The position numbers and the translations under genes are program-made. A stretch of DNA of 64,000 bases, taken from a virus (taxonomy: Duplodnaviria > Caudoviricetes). Below the pieces are notes generated by a model. That model saw only the letters and a list, made by a program, of their open reading frames with translations. It did not search any database and had not been told where the DNA came from. Below, piece after piece: positions 49,475 to 59,034 of this stretch. The stretch covers positions 20,435-84,434 of the IMG/VR virus record IMGVR_UViG_3300012007_000013; one strand, 5' to 3'. Position 1 is the stretch's first letter. Each line of letters starts with the position of its first letter.

Positions 49475-50032
49475 TCAATAAAGGTACTTGACAAGTTCGT
49501 TCAAGAGGAAACTTGCCTTCATTACCGAGCAAATTTCGGGTGGAAGAAGATGCTCCAAGTACTCATCTTGCGTGTCAAATGACTTTGCAAGTTTCACCTC
49601 TCCGACATCGCCGCCCCATATCGGCACGATGTACAAATCAACGGTGGGGTTTCCTTTGTTATCCTTGTGTCTTGCGAGTACAGACGCACCGCAGTAGAAC
49701 ACGTCGGCAATCGTCGTGTCGTTGAGTGTTCGTGATGTGTCAGCCTTTGCCACGCCTCGTCCTGTTTCCCTGTCAATTGCAGACAGCATATCTGGTGAAA
49801 TTCCCATTCCGCGAAGTCGGGAGAGAAACATGGCTGTGCTGTGGTTGGAAGTCAAGGTGTCCACCTTTACCTCGGTAATCTCTATGCCGTCGGGATATGG
49901 CGACACTGACTCGATGTAGGCGATAACGGATTTTCTGATTTTCATTTCGCGCTGCTCTTCTTCTGTCGGCTGGTGGCAACTGACCAATACCATTGCGGCT
50001 GCTATGACCGCGAGAATGATTGATTTTTTCAT
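49475..50032 (-). CDS. lipoprotein
   Basis: MKKSIILAVIAAAMVLVS-C signal. Confidence 0.65.
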   Translation of the reverse strand: MKKSIILAVIAAAMVLVSCHQPTEEEQREMKIRKSVIAYIESVSPYPDGIEITEVKVDTLTSNHSTAMFLSRLRGMGISPDMLSAIDRETGRGVAKADTSRTLNDTTIADVFYCGASVLARHKDNKGNPTVDLYIVPIWGGDVGEVKLAKSFDTQDEYLEHLLPPEICSVMKASFLLNELVKYLY

Positions 50033-50131
50033 TGTTGTATTTTTTATCTTTTATTTTTCTCAACTCGCTGAGATTGAGGGGAAAATCTTTACGTTTCCCA
50101 TTGTCTTAGTGATTTTGATTTGTTTTAATTG

Positions 50132-51043
50132 TTAATTGAAAAGTGTGAGTTGCCCGTTCTCGTCTGTCTTTATTTCGGTCGGGAGAGGGTCGATTTGCTG
50201 TTTTTCTTTGATGAGTTCCTTGCCTCTTTTTGTTAATTGCCACTCGAACTTGTCTCCCTCAATGACTTCAGTGCCATCTTCTGTTACGATTGCCGTGTCT
50301 TCTGCTTTTGGCAGTTTGAAGTATTTGACCCATCCTCGCTCCGCAACCCACAGCCACCATTTTTCTCGCTTCTCCTGCACTTTCTCAGCGTCGGACAAGG
50401 TGTACTGCCAATAGGTTGTAAAAACGGCTCCAGTAGTCAAATTTCGCAGTTTGTCGAGTTTGAAGAATGTCGTCTGTTTAGGGTCGTTCAGTAATGCGTC
50501 CCCGCAAGTGACCGCGCCGTCAACAGAGTTGATGCAGAAATTGAGCATCGTCATCTTCGCGCAGGTCATCGAGAGGTCGTTGGCGTATAGTTTCGGCTCA
50601 TACCCTTTGGAGCGGATATGTTTCAGAGCCATAAGCAGCGTGCGCCCCGTACCGCAGGCTGGGTCGTTCACAGTCATATCGTCGTGGAGTTTGTCACCCA
50701 TAATGATTTCCGACATCAGCAGTGAAATACTCTCGGGCGTGAAGAACTGCCCGTGGTCACCGTGGGAGATGCGGCTCATAAAGATGTCGCCCAAAGGGTC
50801 GTGGTAGTCTTCCGCCTCGTCGCCGAAAGCGGTGACAGCCTCCTTGTAGGCGTTCTTAAAGTTTTCATCTTCCTCAATGCGCTTTCTCAACTGCATCTGA
50901 CGCTCGTCCATATTATTGCAAAAGTACGACAATGCGAGGTCGAGGAAGTTGTTAAAGCAGTCGGCGAACTGGTTTCGTCCTCCGATTGACATTTTTTCAA
51001 TTGCTTTATCCAGATTGGAGTATGTTCGCTTTTTTGTTGCCAT
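50132..51043 (-). CDS. N-6 DNA methylase (HsdM-like) protein lacking an evident NPPY/F motif
   Basis: GQFFTP and VNDPACGTG present; no [ND]PP[YF] in the translation. Confidence 0.7.
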   Translation of the reverse strand: MATKKRTYSNLDKAIEKMSIGGRNQFADCFNNFLDLALSYFCNNMDERQMQLRKRIEEDENFKNAYKEAVTAFGDEAEDYHDPLGDIFMSRISHGDHGQFFTPESISLLMSEIIMGDKLHDDMTVNDPACGTGRTLLMALKHIRSKGYEPKLYANDLSMTCAKMTMLNFCINSVDGAVTCGDALLNDPKQTTFFKLDKLRNLTTGAVFTTYWQYTLSDAEKVQEKREKWWLWVAERGWVKYFKLPKAEDTAIVTEDGTEVIEGDKFEWQLTKRGKELIKEKQQIDPLPTEIKTDENGQLTLFN

Positions 51044-51384
51044 AAATGTTTTTTTGAAGTCAAACGTTGTTTCTGTCTATGATTGTGTCCCAATATCTGA
51101 CATACACGACAATTTCCGTATTTGCTTTCTTATTCAGAAAGTTCATTTCTTTGACCGCTTTGTCTTGGGAATCGTGTTGGCCAAATATAATTCCGTTGAA
51201 ATTGCACAACACGAACTGTTTGCATCCGACGGATTTATTCCTCATCCTTACAATGAGGTCTTGCTTGTTAAAATAATCCATAATTGTTTGTATTAAAGTT
51301 TGTTCTCTAATGCGAAGTCGATGACGAAGTCCTCTGTCAAGTCGAGGAAGTCGGCAATCTCCACGTATGTATGTTCGCCTTTCA

Positions 51385-52227
51385 TCAGCTATTGGTGAGG
51401 ATTGCCTCCTGCTCCGGCGTGAGTTCAACCTTCTCGAACTCAATCGAGCCTTCAAGGTGCGCCAACTCGCCGTTATAACCCAAGCACCGGTAGTGCAGGA
51501 ACGGGTCGTTGGTGAGTTTCACCGACATAACGTCTGGCAGCGCGTGGCTCTCCCTCGTCTTGACCTGCTTGATGTACTTGTACGGTTTTCCGCACCGCGA
51601 CTGCCCGATGGCGAAGGCGCTGTCTATGAAATTTGCAATCATCTTTGAGCCGCCGAGGCTGTCGAGCGTCAGCGGCGACCACGGTCTTAGTTTCGGGCAG
51701 TGTGCGATGAGAAGGATTGTCAGCCCGAACTTCTCCTTGAGTTTCTTGAACTCAAACACCAACTTTTTCATCTTGTTGGCGTTCATTATCGACCCGAAAC
51801 CGTTGGTGATATTGTCGATAATAATGAGTTTCGGTGCATCTGCCTCCGCCTGCATCGCGGTGATGAGTTTCTTGACCTCTGGCAGGATGTCTTCGTCATC
51901 CATCTCCGAGGTGTCAATCATCGCCCTGCGGTAGGTGTTAGGTATGTACTCCTCAGCCGTTGCGTATCTGCTCGCGAACTGCCGTGTTGACATTTCCAAG
52001 TCGATGTACAGCGAGGGGATGTGCGGACATTCAATGTCGCCCCAGTCGTGCCCACCGCCGCCCGCGAAGAACGCGATGTCGTTTGCGAGGATTGACTTTC
52101 CCGTACCGCTTCCGCCGAAGAGGATGGAAAGTTCCCCCTCATAGAGGAACTTTCCGAACACTTCTCTTGCCTTCCTTTTGTTTTCTTCATTGCCGAACAG
52201 GTCGGCTTTGCTCTGTATCTGTATCAT
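51385..52227 (-). CDS. RecA-fold AAA ATPase (helicase/RepA-like)
   Basis: Walker A GGSGTGKS, YIDLE, IIIDN, LIAH. Confidence 0.8.
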   Translation of the reverse strand: MIQIQSKADLFGNEENKRKAREVFGKFLYEGELSILFGGSGTGKSILANDIAFFAGGGGHDWGDIECPHIPSLYIDLEMSTRQFASRYATAEEYIPNTYRRAMIDTSEMDDEDILPEVKKLITAMQAEADAPKLIIIDNITNGFGSIMNANKMKKLVFEFKKLKEKFGLTILLIAHCPKLRPWSPLTLDSLGGSKMIANFIDSAFAIGQSRCGKPYKYIKQVKTRESHALPDVMSVKLTNDPFLHYRCLGYNGELAHLEGSIEFEKVELTPEQEAILTNS

Positions 52228-52256
52228 AACTTTTTCTCTTTTTCGTATTTTTCAAT

Positions 52257-54599
52257 TTATTTACACGACTGATAGTTCCTGTAATATTTGTCAAGGTTTT
52301 TTGCAACCTCATCAGACAAAATCTGTGCGCTGTTGATGCTTTCAGTCCATTGTTTGCCACAGCATTTGCACTTAAACTCTCTGTTTCCGAGGTGTGTGCG
52401 TTCCACCTCTATCACATCATTGTGGATTAGATGGCTTACAGGTGTCGAGTAATGGTTAGTTTCTATTGCTTTCATGTTTTTAGTATTTCTTGTATTTCTT
52501 GATTTCTCCTGTCATCAGGTTGTATAAGTTTCCGTGCGTGTCAACTACCCTTACGGTGTTGTCAAGGTCGTTCGTGTACCCTTTCCTTGATATGAAGTTG
52601 AGGCAAGCCCTGACTGATTTGTACGTTGCGACAAACTTGCCGTTATACTCAACGAAGAATGTTGTTTTCATATTGCTGATTATTTGAATAAACCTTTACC
52701 TTTGCCGAAGTTGTAACTGCCGCCGTCGGCAAGCACGACGAGTAAAATCGCTAATACTATCATCTCAAATGGATTTAGATTTAAATTTCGTCAGGGCATA
52801 TAGTGATGCGAAAGTCTTCGACTTGGCATCCGTCAAAATCGTATGCACTTGTCACCATTTCTTCGAGGTGAGGTTCGAGCAGCCAATATGCGAAACCTTC
52901 AACATCCTCTTGCGTTTTGTTTTCCGGTGCTTCCACCGTCAGTTCGACGGTCATAGTTACTTTGTGTGTCTGTGTCATTTTTCAGTCCTCCATTTTGATG
53001 TAGTAGAAATCTATTATCTGCCCGTTAGCAGCCTCCAACGTAAGGTCGGGGTCGGGAAAGGATGAGTCTTGGAATTCGTTCAATCTTGGATTTTTGTTAA
53101 ACGTTTCCTCCCTATACACATAGAAGTGTAGATAGGGGATTTTGACGTTTTCTACCGTGTCGTATGCAAGACTGCTGCTGTCCGTTGCGCCCCACACTCC
53201 CCAACATTCGTTTCCAACTGCGTTACAATTAATTGACTTGATGATTTTCAATTCTTTCTGTGTCATATCATTTTGTTTTAAAGATTAGTTAATTTTGTTT
53301 CTAATCGGCTCTGGCATCCAGAAGATATCCACGTTCCATTCGCTGTCCTTGTCAGCGCACAGAGAATCCTCTCCCTCAGTCCAGTAGTCTGCGTCCTCCT
53401 CGGTGCGTTTCCACCCGTCCTTCCATTTCTTGATTAGTTGGGCGACCCTCTGCTTCGCGAGTTCCTCGGTGGCATATATCTCGATGAGGATTTCCTCCTC
53501 CTCGCCGATATTCATATCGTAGTATGCCGTCACTCGGTATGCCATCTGCGGCTTTACTTTTGCCCTTGCGTGCGCCCAAGCGTCGTTGATGAGGTCTCCG
53601 AGTTCGTCCTTGTAATAGCCATCTGCGTAGCATTCTGCCTTACCGTTGTCCTCGATTTCGATGTTGTAAGTACCGTCACCGTTTTGATTAACATTGATGT
53701 ATACCTTTTGTGGATTAAGTTCTTTGTTTGCAAGTTTCAGCAACTTCTTCCAATCATTTACTCTATTTGCCATAAGGTTTTTGTTTTTAATTGTTGTACC
53801 ATTCGTTGAATTTCACTTCGTCGATTTCTATCTTGTAGAACCAAAAGTTGATGCTTTCTATCTCTTCGCTATTAAGGTCATCAAACAATCTTTCAATGTT
53901 GTCATAGCACAGAACATCGTCGATTATACCCTGCGAGTAACGCATCGTGTCAAACAACTCATCGTCCGTCTTGCGGTCGAGGTCATATCTTTGGAAGTCA
54001 TCGCATATCGGGAATGCGAGATATAATGTCTTTTTTGCCATAATTGTAAATTTTAAGGTATTTATTTGTATTTCTCTATTATTTGTTGATAGATTTTTAA
54101 GAATGAGTGCATCTGATTCCCATTGTTGGTGTACCAAATCGGATGAATTGGGAAACCGAAATTGTTGTAGTTTAACTTTATACCCGTTTCGTCGGCGGCG
54201 TAGTGAGCAGCGAAGTATTCCAAATTACCAAATATGCAAGGTTCAGTATCTCCATCCTCTTGCGGAACAATGACAGCAATTTTTCTGCCGCCTATCGTCC
54301 CGATAATTGTCTGTTCCTTGCGGTATTCGTTAGACGCGGTAATCTCTACTCCCAATATTTCAAATTCCAAGTGAGAGATAAAATCTATTCCTTTTTTATT
54401 TGTTCTTATTGTCATAATTTTTAATGTATTTATAAATTGTTTTTCCTTCCGTTTCAATCTCAAAACCGTCCCAATCGTCGAAGATTAGGAGCAGGTGTTT
54501 CATCGTATTCACAAGGATGTCCTTGTAAGGTGCAATCGTTGTGTTAGACCGCCCGCCGTCCTCATTGAAGAAGCGGGCGGTGAATTTTGTTTCAGTCAT
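52257..54599 (-). CDS. cluster of small early hypothetical proteins (52257-52475, 52480-52671, 52781-52978, 52982-53266, 53285-53773, ~53787-54040, ~54062-54415, 54396-54599)
   Basis: Co-oriented short ORFs separated by A-rich (mRNA sense) spacers. Confidence 0.55.
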
Positions 54600-55155
54600 T
54601 GTCGTCTTCTTTGTAACTCATCGTTCCGTCCTCGTTCAGCACAAGGTATTCCTCCCAATAATCGTGTGTCTTTCTGAATGCTTCCCATGCCTCTTTGCTT
54701 TCATCCTCGTATTCGATATATTCGAACTCGGCTCCACCGAGAATATAGTGACCGGTATTGTTACCCGAATCTTCGTCGGCATAAGTTACTTCGCATAAAA
54801 CGTGGTACTTTACGCATATATCATGTAACTTCTCCATGACAGGTATTGGTGACGCCCATGCTGTGTCGAATATGATGGTATTGCCGTCTCTTTCGATTGA
54901 ATAGGCATTCCATTTTGTACCCCAATTTTCTCGGTTCCAATCGTACCAATTCCATCCGCGGGTTTCTTCCTCTTCCTTTCGTCCAATACCTCCTTGAAAA
55001 AGGCTCTTTGGCTGAGGAATGATGTTGTTGAAATCAATGTGGCGAGTCCATTGCTCACCGTTGTCGTTCTCATCTGTCTTTAGAATACTGAGAAGAAAAT
55101 CGACATCTTCTTGCTTGCCGGAGAACTCGGCAATGTGTCTTACGTTGTTTGGCAT
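54592..55155 (-). CDS. DUF1281/YubB-like ferredoxin-fold protein
   Basis: IDFNNIIP.P, WYDWNRENWGTKWNA, F.TAW.SP.PV. Confidence 0.7.
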   Translation of the reverse strand: MPNNVRHIAEFSGKQEDVDFLLSILKTDENDNGEQWTRHIDFNNIIPQPKSLFQGGIGRKEEEETRGWNWYDWNRENWGTKWNAYSIERDGNTIIFDTAWASPIPVMEKLHDICVKYHVLCEVTYADEDSGNNTGHYILGGAEFEYIEYEDESKEAWEAFRKTHDYWEEYLVLNEDGTMSYKEDDND

Positions 55156-55166
55156 AATTATTTAAT

Positions 55167-55603
55167 TTATATTGTTTTGAATTTCTTTTTGAGTTCATTT
55201 ATGGCGTTTTTCAAAGCATCCACATTGCTTATCGCATATTCGCCGACAACCTCTGTGAAGCCGTGCTTTATCTTCCATTGGTAGAACTCTCCGTTTATAA
55301 TTCGTCGGTAAGCGGTACATTTACCGAGACGTTCAACCTCGATAGGTGTACCTTTGTCCCAAGCGTTTGCTTTCATTCCATTGCATCGTTAAGGTAGTCG
55401 ATTGCATCTTCAAGACTTGATACAGCGGATTCGAGGTTCTCGATTCCGTTCTGAATCTGCTCACCACGTTCACTTTCTTGAAGACCTTCGGGCATATTGT
55501 CCAGTTTTTCAGTCTCGTCCTCTTGGATTGTCTCGAGGCATGATTTGATTTCTTCGAGTTTGTCGACGTAACTCTGCAACTCTTTTCTTCCTTTTGCATT
55601 CAT
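55167..55603 (-). CDS. two small hypothetical proteins (55167-55376, 55373-55603)
   Basis: The second is a helical protein with DNMPEGLQESERG. Confidence 0.6.
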
Positions 55604-55638
55604 ATTTTTTTGTGTTTTAGATTTGAATTATTTGAAAA

Positions 55639-56160
55639 TCATAATGGTCTATATGACCACATATATCCCTGTGCGGTTTTTCTTTCTCCTCTGCAACAAG
55701 ATGCTACATTACCGAAATGAAATCCGTTTCTGTTGCATTCCATAACACTTTGCCATATTTTAACCAACACTTTGTTCTTTGTATATTGGTATACTTTTTT
55801 AGATGAACTATGATTCACATTTTCACTATGAGTGACGAGTTCTAAGTTCCAAACGGCATTATTTGATTTGTTTTTGTCTATGTGGTTTATCTCCATTCGC
55901 TCGGAACCCACACCACTCTTATTGAAAGCGGGTATATCCGAAACAAAAGTCATATAAACGAGTCTGTGAGCAAAAATAAACCACCTCTTCTGCTTTTTTG
56001 TTAGTACATACATGTGATAACCATGTGGGTCGATATATGGCTTTAGGATTTTACTTTTTCCTGTTAAATGATAGTTTAACGATTTAATCCTACCATAATT
56101 ACTCACTTGATACATCCCTTCGTATCCTTTAACATCCTTCCATATTTCTTGTGTTTCCAT
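55639..56160 (-). CDS. NUMOD4-HNH homing endonuclease
   Basis: EIWKDVKGYEGMYQVSNYGR, AHRLVY, INHIDKNKSNN..WNLE; ATG at 56160. Confidence 0.88.
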   Translation of the reverse strand: METQEIWKDVKGYEGMYQVSNYGRIKSLNYHLTGKSKILKPYIDPHGYHMYVLTKKQKRWFIFAHRLVYMTFVSDIPAFNKSGVGSERMEINHIDKNKSNNAVWNLELVTHSENVNHSSSKKVYQYTKNKVLVKIWQSVMECNRNGFHFGNVASCCRGERKTAQGYMWSYRPL

Positions 56161-56208
56161 TGTATAAAAATATAAATCTGCACTACGAGTTGTCAGGTTC
56201 AAATTAGC

Positions 56209-56304
56209 CTAAACCTTGTGGACGTTTCCGTTACCACACTCGGTGCAGATGTTATATTTAATCCCTTTGATATGCAAAACGCTAACAATGAATGTTTGCG
56301 GCAT
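56209..56304 (-). promoter_or_regulatory. 31-aa leader uORF within a structured 5' leader
   Basis: MPQTFIVSVLHIKGIKYNICTECGNGNVHKV*, between the promoter at 56329 and the HNH ATG. Confidence 0.45.
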
Positions 56305-56470
56305 ATCGCTAATTTGATTTTGACAATGCAAAGATACGAAGAATTTTACACATGACAAAATTTTTATTCGTATACTTGTTCTCCATCTTCGTCGAGCACG
56401 CTCTCGATGTTTTGTTTGATGTCTTCAAGACTACTGATGTAGTTGCCGATTTGCTTTCTGTCGTTTTTGT

Positions 56471-56674
56471 TCATATCGTTATTTTTTTTGTTTTTTCATT
56501 TATTGTTAGCGTGAACTCAATCCGTCCGTCATCGTCGTAGCGGACGGACAAGTTTTGGATGGCTTCTTTGTATCCGCTCCAACTTTCGAAGAGTTTTTCG
56601 CGGATGTTTTTCGCCAACCTCCAACCGACATTCAAGTCGCGCTGGATGTTCGATTCGATTTCTTTCAGTTTCAT
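56471..56674 (-). CDS. hypothetical protein
   Basis: 67-aa ORF coupled to the upstream gene. Confidence 0.55.
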   Translation of the reverse strand: MKLKEIESNIQRDLNVGWRLAKNIREKLFESWSGYKEAIQNLSVRYDDDGRIEFTLTINEKTKKITI

Positions 56675-56967
56675 AATTCGTTTACCTCCTCTCCGTCAAC
56701 ATTTATGATGCTGTTCGACTTGCACGAACGCCAAGCACCCTTCTCCAAGTCGAAGAACCGCACAACACCGCTGTCCTTCTGTTTCTCGGTGCTTTCCTCG
56801 ACGCTTGTCATATCTTTCGGCCACAAGTCCTGTGGCACAAGGTCGAGGTTCGTTGTTCCGACTGCTGCACGTCGGCTGCCGTCCGCTTTCTTGAAGACAA
56901 AGTTGACTTCTCCGTTAAGGAGTTTCTCGCGGAGTACGTCCGCAACGTTTTCTTTAATGAGGTTCAT
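56671..56967 (-). CDS. SH3 beta-barrel (WYL_2-like) protein
   Basis: F.FKKADGS.R.A.GT.N and FFDLEKGAWRS motifs. Confidence 0.7.
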   Translation of the reverse strand: MNLIKENVADVLREKLLNGEVNFVFKKADGSRRAAVGTTNLDLVPQDLWPKDMTSVEESTEKQKDSGVVRFFDLEKGAWRSCKSNSIINVDGEEVNEL

Positions 56968-57147
56968 TGTTGTGTATTTTATCTGATTATACCATCCGCG
57001 ACCATCTTGTCGTACAGTTCGGCAAGGTCGCTGTCTTTCAAATAAGGGTTCAAGGCATTGATGATATCCTTGCCATCCCATTCTTCCTCCATAAAATTGA
57101 GGAGTTCCGATGCTTTTTGTTTGTCGTTCATTGTTGTGTTTTAAAAG

Positions 57148-58257
57148 TTAGACCATAAACGCCTTCCCATTATAGAGAAGGAACATTTCTTTGTACGTTC
57201 CCCTCGTCACGCATCTAAGCGGCTCGCCATCGTTGTCGATGACAGCCACACATAATTTCTTTTTCTCGAGGACTTTTTTTGCGTCCTCGATAGTCTTGGC
57301 GTCGTCCCTGTGCATCAAGGCTCCGCCGTCGGTGAAATAAGTTATCATAACTTTAAATTAACCAAATATTTCCTCAATGTCGTAATCGTCAAATTCTTCA
57401 TCCGTTACGTTGTTATCAATCGCCCAATCTGCCATAGCGGAATTAATGTCGCAGACCAGATGGTAGTCCGCCATGCTCAGCGTGCATCGGTAGTGCCCTA
57501 TAATTCCCAACGCACGTTGGTAACGAGGCTCGAAGTCATTAACATTGTCTATGACGTATTGCACCATTTCTTTCGGTGCGTTCTCTGTATTGAAGTCGTC
57601 TGCTGTGTACATAACTTTACCAATAAATCGTTTTGATTTCGTTGAAACATTCTGTGTTTTCATCCACAAGGGCTACTTGCACGAAGTCCAACTCCTTGTG
57701 CCCTGCATCGGCATACCAAATGCCATCCGATGCTATTTCTTTTGCAATCTCGATTGCTTTCTCGTCGCTGTCGGAAACAAAGTAATCGTCGTGCATATCG
57801 TCTATGCCGACCACATCGTAGTCGGCTCTGTACCATCGTTCCATATCTGTATGTTTTAAAGGTTGATTAATTGCATTATCTCCTCTGATGTTTCCGTGAC
57901 TTCTATCTGAAAGAAGTTTGTTGTCACAATCGTGAACGGCTTGTCAAAACTGACCGTTTTGAAGGCATTGATTGTGTCCGCGTTCACATATACTTCATCG
58001 TTTCCGTGACGCGTGTGTAACTTGATGATGTTTGCCATAATATTGATGTTTTATTGATTTTATCTATCGGAACAGACTTTGTAGCCTGCTAGGAGTTGCT
58101 CATATATTTGAGCGTAACGCTCTGCCTCAGAGCCTTCGCACACCAACATACCTTCTCCGAATTTTTTGATTGCCTCCTGACGGGGCATTTTTCTTGTTTT
58201 ATTGTAACATACGATTGTCACAATATCTACATCTGTTTTTTCCATTGTTTTTTCCAT
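57148..58257 (-). CDS. cluster of small early hypothetical proteins (57148-57348, 57358-~57610, 57617-57844, 57856-58038, 58060-58257)
   Basis: Co-oriented short ORFs. Confidence 0.55.
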
Positions 58258-58351
58258 TGTTTTTGATAAAGGGGCGTCGTCGGCCGCCCCGAAATAAACC
58301 TTAAAACTTACAACAATTCGTCACTCCGACGCGTGACGTTTTTCTTTATTC

Positions 58352-59023
58352 TCAGACAAGAACACCATCGAACACTTTACCGTTCTCGTAGTATTCGTTG
58401 TCGTCACATTCAAGTAGCCATTCCTTGACACCCTCGTATGAATTGTACCACTCGATTTCCTTTTGCCACGAAGAGAAGAAACTGTCGAGACAGTCGTGAA
58501 CAAGGTCCTCGAGCGTGTAATCCTCTTCGTAAGGCTTCGACAGATACTTTGCGATAGGTTCGAGAATGTCACAATCATAGCATACGCCTGTCAGCACACA
58601 CTCGTTCCATTCCTGACGGATTACTTTTGAGTACCGTTGTTTGTTCCAACGTTTTTTCTCGCGGTCATCTCCTGCGTTATAATTGTAGAACTTCTTGCGC
58701 GGGAACAAGTCATCCCACACGTTGTTCATAACGTAACGCCACAGATATTTACCTTTGATTTCCTCTCCGTCCACATCGTGATAATACCCGTCAGAATACG
58801 CACTTATTGCATACTCAACGCGGTAGTTATAACCGCATCCGCTGACTTCCCAATTCTTCACCTTGATGCCCATAAGTTTCTCGAACTCCTCGAGCGTTCC
58901 TTCCCAGTCAGAGTAATATGCCTCGGCGAAGTCGATGCGAGACTGACGTTCTGCTATGATGATGTCTTGTATCTTCTCTTCTAGTTCGTCGAACCGATAG
59001 AGTTTTATTTTTGCCTCTTTCAT
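58352..59023 (-). CDS. hypothetical protein (aromatic/acidic)
   Basis: LYRFDEL...CVLTGVCYDCDIL; AGGAGG upstream of ATG 59023. Confidence 0.65.
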   Translation of the reverse strand: MKEAKIKLYRFDELEEKIQDIIIAERQSRIDFAEAYYSDWEGTLEEFEKLMGIKVKNWEVSGCGYNYRVEYAISAYSDGYYHDVDGEEIKGKYLWRYVMNNVWDDLFPRKKFYNYNAGDDREKKRWNKQRYSKVIRQEWNECVLTGVCYDCDILEPIAKYLSKPYEEDYTLEDLVHDCLDSFFSSWQKEIEWYNSYEGVKEWLLECDDNEYYENGKVFDGVLV

Positions 59024-59034
59024 TGTTTGTCCTC

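Noticed and set aside
51370-51392. Hammerhead ribozyme core (CTGATGA...GAA on the - strand)
   Set aside because: No stem II between CTGATGA and GAA, and no flanking stems.
22405-56160. Group I introns housing the HNH genes
   Set aside because: No recognisable P/Q/R/S core elements flank the ORFs; the HNH genes abut neighbouring coding sequence or have their own promoters.
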